Virus record (IMG/VR): IMGVR_UViG_3300021960_000030
Span: 32,001 to 96,000 of that record
Length of the DNA stretch: 64,000 nt
Source: a virus
Direction: 5' to 3' (one strand)
The position numbers and the translations under genes were made by a program. Below are positions 1-11,214 of the stretch, piece by piece (within the stretch, counting starts at the first letter, position 1; each line of letters opens with the position of its first letter). Below the pieces are notes generated by a model. The model was not told where the DNA came from, searched no databases, and worked only from the letters and a program-made list of their open reading frames with translations.

Positions 1-1930
1 GATTGTAGTTTGGACATCAAAGGTAATGTCAGAATAACCATATCCACCAAGTTGAGAATCGGTTACAGTCAGGGTGTTGCCAATCAGATAACCACGACCC
101 GTCTTATTCATGCCAACGGTAACGATACCATTAGCAGCAACGTTAACGTCCAGAGTTGCATTAACACCGTTTCCACCAGCAGCACTGATATTGCTGTATG
201 TGATGTCCTGCAGAGCTGCTACAGCAAAGGTCAGGTTGTTGCCACCAAAGTTGCCCAGTTGAGCATCGGTGATGGTGAAGGTATCTGCAACTTGATATTC
301 TTGACCAGGGTTGTTAACAACGGGGGTTGCAAGACCAGTACCGTCAACAGTGACGTTGAATGTTGCATATTGACCCGTGCCATTCGTGGTTGCCGAGACA
401 TTATTGTAGGTATGACCCTGAATAGATGCCACAGTCATTTGAAGATTGGGTGCACCAGTGTTCCCCAACTGAGAGTCAGGAATGGTGACTACATCATTCA
501 GAACAAAGTTTTGTCCACGGTTGACAGGTGTCAGTGATGTAAAGTTGCCAAGATTGTCAAGAGTGATATTGAAAGTTGCACCAGTACCACCACCAAATCC
601 ATTGTTTGTAGATGTCCAGGTAGAAATACCAGAGTATGTGATGCCATTTGTAGCAGTCACATTGAATGTGAAGTTTGCGGCACCTCTGTTGCCCAGTTCA
701 GAATCGGAGATGGTGACAGTTTCACCAGCAACAAATCCATTACCAGTGTTAGTGATATTGACAAGAATGATTGCACCACTACTATCAACAGTGATGGCAA
801 ACTGTGCTCCAGTACCAGAACCAGTAGAGGTGTAGTTAGATACGTTGTAGATTGCACCACCACCAACAGAAGAAACCTCGGCAGTGATATTAGAAGCACC
901 AGTATTGCCAACGTCAGCATCAGCGATTGTGATTGTATCGCCAACAACATAACCATTACCAGGACTTGTAACGTTCAGGAACGCAACAGAACCATCTGCA
1001 TTGATAGTTACCTGCAGTGTCAATCCAGAACCAAGTCCATTGGTTGTTGTTGCAACGTTGCTATACAGAGGAGGTGCCTTAATCGTAGCAACATCAAATG
1101 TAAGGTCTGCAGCACCACTGTTACCCAGTGAACTATCTGCAATGGTAATGGTGTCACCAACTGCATACGACAGACCAGCAGGGTTGCCAGATACGACAGA
1201 TGCAGCACCAGAAGCATCGATAGTTACATTGAATACTGCTCCAGTACCAATACCAGTTGTAGAAGTTACAGGAACATTGGTATATGTCGAAGGTGCAGTG
1301 ATTGTTGCAACATTAAATGTCAGGTTCGCCGCACCATTGTTACCCAACAGAGTGTCACTAATCGTGACTGTATTACCTGCGGCATAAGCAAGACCACCTT
1401 GATTGACCTGTACAACGGTAGCTGCACCAACACCATCGATGGTGACATTAAATGTTGCATTTACGCCAACCCCATTGTTTGTGCTAGCAACGTTGGTATA
1501 AGTAAATCCACCAACACCAGCAACATCAAATGTTGGGTCGGGAGCACCAGAGGCACCGATATTGCTATCGGAAATCGTCAAGGTCTCTCCGTTGTAGTAA
1601 CCAATACCACCCTGATTAACTGTCAAGGAAACGTCACCAGTCGAGGAGATGCCTACATCGAAAGTGGCACCAGAACCAGTGCTGTTTAGATCGGTGCTAG
1701 TTGCGGGGACGTTAATGTAGTTGAAACCACCAATAGCGTTGACTTGGAACGTCAGTGCAGGTGCACCACCGCCACCCAGTTGGGAGTCCTGAACAGTGAT
1801 TGTTTCATTGATCGCAAACGAAATACCGCCACCAGTAACGGTAATGATACCAGCACCAGATCCATTAACAGTAATGTCGAAGTTTGCACCAGTACCAGAT
1901 CCAGATGTTGTGTAAGATACGTTTGTATAT
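1..1930 (-). repeat. About 9 tandem ~71-aa protein repeats within gp7
   Basis: Repeating unit YxNV..T..GxGxGATFxVTxD..G.....V.N.G.GYxxGDTITIxDSxLGxxGAxNLTFxV, translated by hand. Confidence 0.8.
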
Positions 1931-4900
1931 GTTCCAGCAACTCTGGAAGGATTGGCAGCACTCACGTTACCAACACCGAGGATATTACCACCACGGAGAG
2001 CATTAGCAGCAGAGATGTTTGCCATCAGGGTGACGCGACCACCTCTTGCTTGGTCTGCACCACTGATGCTATTCACGGATGCGATAACACCACCACGTCT
2101 TGCATCTGCAGCAGAGAGGTTATTAACAGCGTTAACTGCACCACCACGTCTTGCCTCAGCACCACTGAAGTTGTCGAGGGCAATAACGGTACCTGCACGA
2201 ACAACATCTGCAGAACTAAATCCACCAACGGTAGAAATCTTACCTGCACGAAGAACATTGACAGCAGTGGAAGTTGTCAGTGTACCAATGTTTGTCGCTC
2301 TAATCTGCTGAGCAGAAGAGATAGATCCAAGACTACCAACACCAGCACCGCGAGTTGCAGTAATGCCAGTAACGTTGTTAATGGCAGAAATAAATCCACC
2401 AGTACCCTCAGAACCATCAAAACGATATGCTGCCACCTGATCGGACTTTTGCTTCTGACCAAAGATGATCAGGTCGCCAGAATCATCAACCGAGTGGGTT
2501 GTTGCCTGTACACCAACAGTGTCAACATCTTCAATCGTGCTTTGCTTAAGAATGGTGCCATCAAACTTGATGTAGTGTGCAGCAACCTTTCTTACATTCT
2601 CAGCATACTTGGTATCTGTAACCAGAGTCACATTGCCAAAAATATCAATCTTGATGTCAGCATTCTTGATAGAAACGAACTGGGTGCTAGGAGCAAGTGT
2701 CTTATACCAAGACCAAACGGGTTCGTTAGCATTGATTTGATCAACACCCAGTCTAGCAATACCAACAGCAGAGTTCTTCTGGAGGGCATTGTTGAAGATA
2801 TCAAAGGTCAGATATACATCATTGTAGCTATCCATGGTGAACCGAGGATTCTGCGGTCTACCACCAGAGATATTGATGTTCTTAGCGTAAGAGAGTTCAA
2901 TGTTGTTACCATCAAAGAAGAACTCACCAATGATGATGTAATAGTCGGACATGTTCATGCCGACAAACAGATATCTAGCGTCACCAAGATGCATGATCTG
3001 GTGCATACGCTCATCATCACCAGAAGAGGAGAACTTACGCTTCTCTCTCATCTCACCGTCTTCATTCATCTGAATGACCCACATGTCATCGGGGTCAGGT
3101 GAGTTAGTATCGGTATAACCGCAGAGGTATACTCTTTCTTCTTCGCCAAGAGTAACACCCATCGCATAATCGCGACGAGTTGTACCAGAGACGCCAGAAA
3201 TCTCTTTCTGATATCTTACTTGCCCTTCAGGTTGGTTTGCATTGTCAAATGCAGACTCATACTTGACAAGGAGAATATCGGGTCTGTTATTAGCATTGTC
3301 ATACTCTGTTTCACCAACAACATAGATGATGTCGTTTTCTGCACGCTCATCAAGGTACATTTGCTTGAAGCGAGCAGTCTTGACGTTACCATCGTTGGTT
3401 TCAAGAGTGCGATCCCAGATCAGATCACCAACATCGCTAAACTTGGCAATCCAGGCACCAGTTGTGCCATCAGGTTTGGTGACAGAACCACAAACGTAGA
3501 CATAGCGGAGGGAACTTGTCAGAGAGTGATTGACGTTGAATACGCCAAGGGTTTCTTCACTCTGAGTGGTTTCTCTGTACTCGCCAGCATAGTAACGAGT
3601 TTTCTTGAAGATTTGGGGGTGAGAAACGCGAACTTGGGGAGGATTCTCAGGATCGTAGCTGTTACCAGAGTTGACGATTTTGATTTGAGTATCAGTGATC
3701 TGACCAGTCTGGGTAACGTTGATATTGAATACAGCGTCCTTACCAGAGGTCGTGATCAGTTCATATGACGGAGGAATCGATTCGTTGTAACCAACACCCT
3801 CCTGATCAATGACAATATCCTCAATACCAGAAACAACCTTTGTATAGTATGTCTTGTTGGTATTATCGGGGATAACTGCAGATCTGACGATTACTTCATC
3901 GCCAACATACAGTTCATGGTTGCCATCGGTGGTAATCTTACCGTATACAATGTCGTTCTCGATGACTTTTTGATATCCGAGGATAGTGAGACCTTCCACG
4001 GCAGAAACCGCAGCAGAAGCACCAAAACCACCAGATCCCTCGTTATTGAAGAAGATAACGTCATCTACCTGATAAGAAACACCAGGGTTCTCGATAACGA
4101 ATCCGTCAATCTGAGCAGACTCGAACTTAGTGATAGTTTCGACTTCAATGTCAACTCTAGACTCGTCAGAAACGGTCGGGAAGTAATCGTAGATTTGCAG
4201 AGTCGATTCTTCGGACAGTTCAATGACTTCCAACTGTTCATTGGAGTCAATGATGCCATCACCATTGGTATCTTGGATTTCCAGAACCAGAGGGTATGCC
4301 TCAAGTTCTGTAGTCAGAATATCTGGTTCTCTGTTGGGTTGACGGTCAACATCGATATCAACTTCAGTGAACGGATCGCGGAAACGGACAACATCGGAAG
4401 GAATATTATCCTGAGTCGCATTCTGACTCATATTCCACTGATCGGGTTGAGAATAGAACTCAGGACCCAGAATGTAGGGGAATACTGCTTGACCAGCGTC
4501 AGACTCGTCAATAGTTACAAAATATGCATAGGTACCATCGGGATACTCTGGTGTCTTACAGAAACGACCGTTGTAGGGGTCCAGATCGCCCAGTTGGAAG
4601 GCATATTCATAGTCATCAATGAATGTACCTGCAGGATACTGACTCAGTGGAGGACCATCACCACGAGTCGGATTCGGATTGGAATCTACCTCATAAACCA
4701 GTGCAGTCTTCTGACGATAGGAAGAACGCAGTCTTCTAAGACCACTATTTTGGTCTGTGGGATCAATATATCCATAAGGACCGTAAATCGGGTTGCCATC
4801 ATACGCCCAACCAAGAATCGGGGAGTGCTCATTGTTAGCAGTCTGTTCTTGGAATGTATTTGTTGCAGGATCCAGGAATACGTTGTCACCAACCACATAA

Positions 4901-7900
4901 CGCAGTTCTTTGGGGTCAACGAGGTGAGCATACTCACCACCAAACTGGTTGTTGTATCCAGTGAAGACATAACCTCTAGCAAAGTCATATTTGTCTGCCA
5001 GATCGTAATGCAAGTTCTTTGTCCACTGGAAAACGTTGGGGGAGAACTGTGCAAACTCACCAACTGCATTCAGACGAATAGTTGTATTGCCTTGAGTGTA
5101 GTTAATACCTTTGTTGAGGATTTGGATGCTAATAACCTTACCCTTATCTTCACCAATGGTGCCAATAACTGCCTTTGCAATAGCACCGAAACCATCACCA
5201 TTGATGACGACGTTGGGTGCAGTTGTATATCCACTACCAGAGTTAATGATAGCGATAGAGACAATGCGACCATTGATAACGATTGGTTGTGCAAGAGCAC
5301 CAGAACCAGAGTTCAACTTAATGGTCGGAAGGTCGGTATAACCAGAACCAGCATTGGTGAGGCTTACTGCAGAGATAGGACCACGAACACTAGCGGTTGC
5401 AGTAGCACCCTGACCGCCACCACCAGTGATGGAGATGATCGGTTGAGAGGTATACCCAGTTCCAGGTTGTTCAACCAGAACACGACTTACTCTTCCACCA
5501 GTGATAACTGCTTGTGCTGTAGCACCGATGCCACCACCACCCACAACAGATACCAGGGGTTGAGTTTGGTAACCAGAACCACCGTTGGTAACTTCAATGC
5601 TAAACAGAGAACCATTAACGGTTACTTCTGCAGTTGCACCAGATCCACCACCACCTGTGATCTCCAGTTGAGGTTTATTGCCTGCATCGTACCCTTTACC
5701 ACCATTAGTGATGTTAATGCCCGTCAGAGGACCATATCGAAGGAACTCAGAGGACTTATAGGACCATACCGAAACACCATTGACCCATGCACCAACGGCA
5801 CTATTCGACTTGATAGTTTCACGCTTAGAAACCGTAGTTACCTTTCTGGGGAAACGCAGCAGTTTACGCTGGTTGCCAGGGATAAGTGCTGTTCCAATGA
5901 AAGGACCAATCTTGTAGTTTGGAAGACCCGTTGCAGCAGCATAAACATACTGTGCATTAAAGAACGAGTTTTGGATGTTGCTGGTAAACGGTGTAATCGC
6001 AGTATTGATCGCAGTAACGTCAGACTTACCACGGTTTAGGTCAACCGACAACAGAATATTGCCCTGAGGAACAATATTTGTAGGAGCAAGCATCTGATAA
6101 GAGAACGTATACTCGTCAAGACGTGCTGTGACTTGGAAGGTGCCGTTATAGACAGTTGGGTTTGCACCATACACTGTCACGTTATCTTCCACCAGAAGAC
6201 CGTGAGGATTAGATGTAACAATGGTTGCGGTCTGATTATTCTGACCACCAGGAGTTACAGTATCAACAGCGATAAGTTTTTTGACGTTATACAACCAAGA
6301 AGACAGTTTTTCGTCCTGATCGGTAGCACCAAGAGATGCAACAGTCAGTTTGTCGCCTTCAAGATAGTAGGAACCAGTATCATCAAGAGTTGTGCTTCCT
6401 GCCTCAGCAATACCCAGAATACGCAGTTTGCACTGCTGAGCAGTGCCATAGTTGACGTAAACGTAGATATCAGAATATACAACGGTGCCAGGATCCCAAT
6501 CCTCTACAACACCGTTCTTGGAACGAGTACATTCGATGAACTGGTTCAGAGAACGCTCTTTGTATTGAACAATCTCTTCGTCGTTGATACGAATGGTACC
6601 GTTTCTTGCTGGCCAACCAATCGTAGAGTCAACTGTAATGATCTGATCGGTTGTGCTCAGGAACTCAACAAGTTTCGTCTTGTATGGGATGATAAACGTG
6701 CCCTGCAGGGTTTCTTCAGAGATAGACAGTTCATAAATGGTGTCAGTACCCTTAATGATCGAAATAACGTTCTCGATCAGTGCAGAGGCGGAAGTTACGT
6801 TGATATCAACCTCATCAGGAATCTGTACCAGCTCACCGTTGATCAGATCGTTGGGATTACCTTCAATAAGGGTTGCACGGAGGATTGTGTCAACAACCCA
6901 AGTAGCAGCAGAGGGAGAAATGACTTCATCGCGAGGATAATAGACATCGATCTCTTCACCAAAGAGAACTTTGAACAAGAACTGGGTTGCAGTCTTGGTA
7001 CCCTTAGATACATAGAAATCTCGAATACGCTTGATAACCTGAACAGGGTTTACCTTTGTGTAATCGAGTTGAATGGTTGGCAGGTATTGACGACGGATCT
7101 TATCGAAGATCTGACGCAGGAATAATGTATCAAGAGACGTAACAGTCGCACCAGCAACGTGATTGCTGAGTCTGAGTTGTCCTTCTGTTGCAAAGATTTG
7201 GTTTCCTACGTTATCATAGGTGATTGTTCCGCTGGTGCCACGCACACAGCCCACCAGAGCAGACGGTTTGTAACCGTTGCCAGATGTGTTGATTTCAAAT
7301 CCAGTAACCTCATCGAAACCAATATCTACCGATGCTCTAGCAGCAGAAGGTTCAGCAATGTAGATTTTTGGAGGGAAGTTGGTATCGTATCCTTCACCAA
7401 AGTTGGTGATACTAATGTCAGTGATCTCACCGTTAAAGATAGTTGCAACTGCAGTTGCACCTCTACCACCGATCGGCAGACCAGCGGCATCTTTGCGGTC
7501 GTCAACAATGTATACAGACGGGGGGTCAACATAACCCTTACCGCCAGTCAAGAGTTGAATATCGGTAACCGAACCAGAAGCAACAGTAACACCCAACACC
7601 TGAGCACCAACAGGTTGGATGATGCGTGCTCTAGGAACGGTTGTATACCCTCTACCACGGTTTGTGATCACCACTTGGACCAAAGTACCCTCAGGGTTCA
7701 ATACAGAGACCGCTTGGGCGTCAATACCGTCCACAGGAGCTTGATCGATATAAACCAAAGGAGGGTTGGAATATCCAAAACCACCAGCAGTTACCTGAAT
7801 GGTATCAGTAATCAAACGACCTTCGCTATCGATCTCGGGATCGGTAATAACTGCACCAGTGGGGTTTTTGAAAGTAACCGCAGGGATAAAATCGTAACCA

Positions 7901-9138
7901 GAACCAGAGTTTGTGATTTTAAGGGAACTTACTTGACCAGTTGCATCGTCAATAACCAGTTCTGCTGTTGCTTGAGTACCAAACGGATCTGTAGGAGGTG
8001 CAATCTCGATCAGCGGGGGGTTGTAAGATGTATAACCCTGTCCACCACCGATGAGGTTGATATTTTTAGCACCACCGATCAAACTACGAGCAGTTGCACC
8101 AACACCACCAAGGTCAGAAGGAGTAATCGTGACTTTTGGAGCAAACTCAAGACGATAACCACTACCACCGTTCTTGACCAGCAGATCGATCAAGTTTCCT
8201 TCTTCATTAACAGCGGAAACAATCTGTGCACCAGAACCAACGTTGGGAGAGATATACTCAATCGAACGAATAGTCAGTCTTTCACTAGAAGACAGTTGCA
8301 GACCACGGAACTCAATATATGTGCCATCATTGGAAGTCTGATAGATCACATAGTCAATGTATGGTCTTTGGAAGATACCATTCCTATTGACGATCAGACC
8401 AACTTCTGATACGGGAGTGTAGAACTGAGTACCAGAACGAAGAGGGTGAGTTTTAGAACCATCTTTAATCGGATTTTCATCCAGAGTGTCGATAATGATG
8501 TCCGCAAAACCAACCATGTAGATGATGGAGGTTGTGTTGGGATCATCTGTACCAAGTCTTGCTCTAGGGGGAGTTGCAAGGCGAATCTTGTCGCCTTCAA
8601 CGTAATAATCCTCACCAGGGATTTGTGCTACGCCATATACACGCACAACAAGGTGATCTGCCGAGACAGGTTGAATCGGTTCACCCAGGAATCTCAGATT
8701 GAAGGTATTTTGAACGCCATCGAAGTATTGGAAAGGAGATTCCAGAAGTTGTTCTTTCTTCTTGAACTCTTCAGTCGAAATACCAGGGGTCAGAATCGCA
8801 TCAGGACCTCTAGTCAGTGATTCGTAGTAGATAACTTCATTATCAATCAGAACACTACCGTTCTGCTCGATAAATCCATCGATGGACTCGACTTCGATCA
8901 GGTCTTCGACAAACCCGATATCTTTTAGTAGAGTAGTGCCAGCAGAGAGGGTTCTCTGTGAATATGAATCAACGTCGAGGTACAGGTTGACGTTATTCAG
9001 GATATCGAATGGCCTACCTGTCTTTTCCTGTGATTTGTAATATTCAAACAGGAAGTTTACGAACTGCTGATCCTCTTCCCTGATAAAATCAGGTACCTGA
9101 TAAGCAACTCTGTCAGATACGTTGATGTTCTTTTGCAT
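1..9138 (-). CDS. gp7: Giant baseplate wedge initiator (gp7-like), 3'-truncated by the window edge, >=3046 aa
   Basis: Absent from the ORF track, probably because no stop falls inside the window. ATG at 9138 gives MQKNINVSDRVAYQVPDFIREEDQQFVNFLFEYYKSQE, directly downstream of gp6. The frame is open wherever I translated it, including position 1. It contains a YHYH-like segment (HSPILGWAYDGNPIYGPYGY near 4770-4830), many GxGY-rich repeats and ~71-aa tandem repeats. The long + strand ORFs are its antisense shadows. Confidence 0.88.
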   Translation of the reverse strand, partial: MQKNINVSDRVAYQVPDFIREEDQQFVNFLFEYYKSQEKTGRPFDILNNVNLYLDVDSYSQRTLSAGTTLLKDIGFVEDLIEVESIDGFIEQNGSVLIDNEVIYYESLTRGPDAILTPGISTEEFKKKEQLLESPFQYFDGVQNTFNLRFLGEPIQPVSADHLVVRVYGVAQIPGEDYYVEGDKIRLATPPRARLGTDDPNTTSIIYMVGFADIIIDTLDENPIKDGSKTHPLRSGTQFYTPVSEVGLIVNRNGIFQRPYIDYVIYQTSNDGTYIEFRGLQLSSSERLTIRSIEYISPNVGSGAQIVSAVNEEGNLIDLLVKNGGSGYRLEFAPKVTITPSDLGGVGATARSLIGGAKNINLIGGGQGYTSYNPPLIEIAPPTDPFGTQATAELVIDDATGQVSSLKITNSGSGYDFIPAVTFKNPTGAVITDPEIDSEGRLITDTIQVTAGGFGYSNPPLVYIDQAPVDGIDAQAVSVLNPEGTLVQVVITNRGRGYTTVPRARIIQPVGAQVLGVTVASGSVTDIQLLTGGKGYVDPPSVYIVDDRKDAAGLPIGGRGATAVATIFNGEITDISITNFGEGYDTNFPPKIYIAEPSAARASVDIGFDEVTGFEINTSGNGYKPSALVGCVRGTSGTITYDNVGNQIFATEGQLRLSNHVAGATVTSLDTLFLRQIFDKIRRQYLPTIQLDYTKVNPVQVIKRIRDFYVSKGTKTATQFLFKVLFGEEIDVYYPRDEVISPSAATWVVDTILRATLIEGNPNDLINGELVQIPDEVDINVTSASALIENVISIIKGTDTIYELSISEETLQGTFIIPYKTKLVEFLSTTDQIITVDSTIGWPARNGTIRINDEEIVQYKERSLNQFIECTRSKNGVVEDWDPGTVVYSDIYVYVNYGTAQQCKLRILGIAEAGSTTLDDTGSYYLEGDKLTVASLGATDQDEKLSSWLYNVKKLIAVDTVTPGGQNNQTATIVTSNPHGLLVEDNVTVYGANPTVYNGTFQVTARLDEYTFSYQMLAPTNIVPQGNILLSVDLNRGKSDVTAINTAITPFTSNIQNSFFNAQYVYAAATGLPNYKIGPFIGTALIPGNQRKLLRFPRKVTTVSKRETIKSNSAVGAWVNGVSVWSYKSSEFLRYGPLTGINITNGGKGYDAGNKPQLEITGGGGSGATAEVTVNGSLFSIEVTNGGSGYQTQPLVSVVGGGGIGATAQAVITGGRVSRVLVEQPGTGYTSQPIISITGGGGQGATATASVRGPISAVSLTNAGSGYTDLPTIKLNSGSGALAQPIVINGRIVSIAIINSGSGYTTAPNVVINGDGFGAIAKAVIGTIGEDKGKVISIQILNKGINYTQGNTTIRLNAVGEFAQFSPNVFQWTKNLHYDLADKYDFARGYVFTGYNNQFGGEYAHLVDPKELRYVVGDNVFLDPATNTFQEQTANNEHSPILGWAYDGNPIYGPYGYIDPTDQNSGLRRLRSSYRQKTALVYEVDSNPNPTRGDGPPLSQYPAGTFIDDYEYAFQLGDLDPYNGRFCKTPEYPDGTYAYFVTIDESDAGQAVFPYILGPEFYSQPDQWNMSQNATQDNIPSDVVRFRDPFTEVDIDVDRQPNREPDILTTELEAYPLVLEIQDTNGDGIIDSNEQLEVIELSEESTLQIYDYFPTVSDESRVDIEVETITKFESAQIDGFVIENPGVSYQVDDVIFFNNEGSGGFGASAAVSAVEGLTILGYQKVIENDIVYGKITTDGNHELYVGDEVIVRSAVIPDNTNKTYYTKVVSGIEDIVIDQEGVGYNESIPPSYELITTSGKDAVFNINVTQTGQITDTQIKIVNSGNSYDPENPPQVRVSHPQIFKKTRYYAGEYRETTQSEETLGVFNVNHSLTSSLRYVYVCGSVTKPDGTTGAWIAKFSDVGDLIWDRTLETNDGNVKTARFKQMYLDERAENDIIYVVGETEYDNANNRPDILLVKYESAFDNANQPEGQVRYQKEISGVSGTTRRDYAMGVTLGEEERVYLCGYTDTNSPDPDDMWVIQMNEDGEMREKRKFSSSGDDERMHQIMHLGDARYLFVGMNMSDYYIIIGEFFFDGNNIELSYAKNINISGGRPQNPRFTMDSYNDVYLTFDIFNNALQKNSAVGIARLGVDQINANEPVWSWYKTLAPSTQFVSIKNADIKIDIFGNVTLVTDTKYAENVRKVAAHYIKFDGTILKQSTIEDVDTVGVQATTHSVDDSGDLIIFGQKQKSDQVAAYRFDGSEGTGGFISAINNVTGITATRGAGVGSLGSISSAQQIRATNIGTLTTSTAVNVLRAGKISTVGGFSSADVVRAGTVIALDNFSGAEARRGGAVNAVNNLSAADARRGGVIASVNSISGADQARGGRVTLMANISAANALRGGNILGVGNVSAANPSRVAGTYTNVSYTTSGSGTGANFDITVNGSGAGIITVTGGGISFAINETITVQDSQLGGGGAPALTFQVNAIGGFNYINVPATSTDLNSTGSGATFDVGISSTGDVSLTVNQGGIGYYNGETLTISDSNIGASGAPDPTFDVAGVGGFTYTNVASTNNGVGVNATFNVTIDGVGAATVVQVNQGGLAYAAGNTVTISDTLLGNNGAANLTFNVATITAPSTYTNVPVTSTTGIGTGAVFNVTIDASGAASVVSGNPAGLSYAVGDTITIADSSLGNSGAADLTFDVATIKAPPLYSNVATTTNGLGSGLTLQVTINADGSVAFLNVTSPGNGYVVGDTITIADADVGNTGASNITAEVSSVGGGAIYNVSNYTSTGSGTGAQFAITVDSSGAIILVNITNTGNGFVAGETVTISDSELGNRGAANFTFNVTATNGITYSGISTWTSTNNGFGGGTGATFNITLDNLGNFTSLTPVNRGQNFVLNDVVTIPDSQLGNTGAPNLQMTVASIQGHTYNNVSATTNGTGQYATFNVTVDGTGLATPVVNNPGQEYQVADTFTITDAQLGNFGGNNLTFAVAALQDITYSNISAAGGNGVNATLDVNVAANGIVTVGMNKTGRGYLIGNTLTVTDSQLGGYGYSDITFDVQTTI

Positions 9139-9143
9139 TTATC

Positions 9144-11213
9144 TTAGAAACAAGACTCGAACTCGGGATACACAAACGTATCCGTGGGATAATCAATGAT
9201 ATTTATGTCGGTCGCTCCATAGTTCCAGGAGTCAAAGTTATTAGGATCGAAGGGCGATGTCACGTTATTATTGGTGTTGTAATCGATGGGAAAAACACCA
9301 GGATTAAAGATCGCAGGATCCACGCCAGGGGGAATGACGATAGATGACGAATAGGGGTTAACCGACACAGGAAGGCGTTCTGTACCGTCTGGTGTACCTG
9401 CAATAGCAATAGGTCCAACACAAACGATACCTGAGGAGTAATCCACAGTGCCAACGTTATTATTAAGAATGAGTTCTTTCTCGTTCCTTGTTGTAACGAG
9501 CATCAGCGACCCTCTACCGTCATCTCTGATGTTTACGGGAACGAGGGTTTCCTGATCAACAGCAACAAGGGTATTCGCTACCTGAGTGGTGCTGATTCCA
9601 CCAGCAATCAGGTCTACAAGGTTTGCTGTGTAACCTGTAGCGTAGAATACACCCGACTTGACCGATGAGAAGACAGGAGCACATCTATTGCCATCACCAT
9701 CGTTGCCTGTCAGGTCATTTGGGTTATGAATCGGGTTGCCAAAATCCAAACACTCGGTAAACACAGTACCGAAAGCAAAGTTTTCTAGATTTTGACCCAG
9801 AGACAGTTGAGTAACACTACCAGAGACGCAAGGATTAGTTGCATCGAGCATCGAACTGTATTTTGAACCTTCGATACGACCACCGAAGCGGTTTGACTGT
9901 CCAGCAGCGTTATATTTGTCAATACTACGAAGAAGGTCTGTCTGAAGTTCTGCAGAACTCTTTGTAGTGCAGTTTCCATCGTAATAAACCCAAGATTTCG
10001 GCACGACAAAGAAAGAAGTCGGGTCAGTGATCACAGGTTCGATGGATGCCATTGCATAAGGCAGCAGATTGTTCCTAATCTGTGCTTTTGTTGTGGCATT
10101 AAGTTTTGTGCCCGATTTTGAACGGATAGCAATGTAGACTTTTCCGTAAATCGGCGGATTCAGCTTCTCTCCACCATATGCAGTGACCGAAGCGGCTTGT
10201 GGGTAGATCGTTTTGGTGATGTACTCGTAGTCCGACTCGGTTACAGCACGATTTTGAGTTGCATACGCTCTAGGAGCGTTGAACTTGATGCTCAGGGGCG
10301 ATTCGCGGACCTCAGCGTCAGTTGCAGCGTCAATAGTCGTGATGATGATGTTCTGGGGAGGAATCGGACGACCCTCAGAGTCAACAATCAGACCAGTGAA
10401 GGAGAAATCTGTACATCCGTTCGCTTCTGGACCTGCAGTGCGGATATACTCAATGTTAATAACCTCACCATTGAGCAGTTTACGCCCCAGGACGCCATCT
10501 CCGAACACAACTTTGTATCTGAGGTCATCAGTCTCCTCAAGGAAGAATGCACGACTGTTTCCGTTGAGGTTAACCGAGTTTCTGACGGGAGTATATTCGT
10601 CAGTTTCTTGGGATTGTACGTTAGGACGCACAAAGACTCTCAGAAGTTCTGTATCGACGTTCTCGGAAGGAACAACGAAGTCTTGATCTCTGGTATCATC
10701 AACGGTATACTCGAAGTTGAGCAAGTTACCTTGATAGAAGATGATTTTGCTAAACTCAGCAAGTCCAGTTTGGGGATCAACCGAAACTTGAACATTGCTT
10801 CTAACAGCAAAGATGAAAGTATCGGTCAGGTTCCTAGAAACAAAAACATCACCCTTACGGAGGGTTACAGTTTCGGGGAAGTTGGAAGAAGAACCAACTG
10901 CAGAGGTCTGTATATTGATGCGTACACAAGCCTTCGCTGCTTTGATCGATCTTGGTGTATAGTTGAGTTGCTTAGCAACACGAACAATGTTATCTCTAAC
11001 AGTTGCCGACTCCAAGAAGGTCTCGTTCAGTGCCATATTGGCGTTGAACGCGGAGTAGTATGTGTTGTATGCTAAAATATCAATCAAGTAAGAGGCAGAC
11101 GAGCCCTCAAAGTCATAATCGCTAAACTCATCCCGAGTTCTGAGATACGACTTGATCGATTCCTTGATCTCAAAGAAATCAAGGGATGTAAGTTGAGAGG
11201 GTACGGCTGGCAT
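9144..11213 (-). CDS. gp6: Baseplate wedge subunit gp6
   Basis: LDFFEIKESIKSYL..FSDYDFEGS..LIDILAYNTYY and QNRAVTESDY are gp6 signatures. Synteny gp25-gp6-gp7. Confidence 0.95.
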   Translation of the reverse strand: MPAVPSQLTSLDFFEIKESIKSYLRTRDEFSDYDFEGSSASYLIDILAYNTYYSAFNANMALNETFLESATVRDNIVRVAKQLNYTPRSIKAAKACVRINIQTSAVGSSSNFPETVTLRKGDVFVSRNLTDTFIFAVRSNVQVSVDPQTGLAEFSKIIFYQGNLLNFEYTVDDTRDQDFVVPSENVDTELLRVFVRPNVQSQETDEYTPVRNSVNLNGNSRAFFLEETDDLRYKVVFGDGVLGRKLLNGEVINIEYIRTAGPEANGCTDFSFTGLIVDSEGRPIPPQNIIITTIDAATDAEVRESPLSIKFNAPRAYATQNRAVTESDYEYITKTIYPQAASVTAYGGEKLNPPIYGKVYIAIRSKSGTKLNATTKAQIRNNLLPYAMASIEPVITDPTSFFVVPKSWVYYDGNCTTKSSAELQTDLLRSIDKYNAAGQSNRFGGRIEGSKYSSMLDATNPCVSGSVTQLSLGQNLENFAFGTVFTECLDFGNPIHNPNDLTGNDGDGNRCAPVFSSVKSGVFYATGYTANLVDLIAGGISTTQVANTLVAVDQETLVPVNIRDDGRGSLMLVTTRNEKELILNNNVGTVDYSSGIVCVGPIAIAGTPDGTERLPVSVNPYSSSIVIPPGVDPAIFNPGVFPIDYNTNNNVTSPFDPNNFDSWNYGATDINIIDYPTDTFVYPEFESCF

Positions 11214-11214
11214 G

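Noticed and set aside
10-8820. Long + strand ORFs (e.g. 1744..3102, 3916..6039, 6133..7125, 7159..8409)
   Set aside because: All are in the frame antisense to gp7 codons. They are shadow ORFs with no recognisable motifs.
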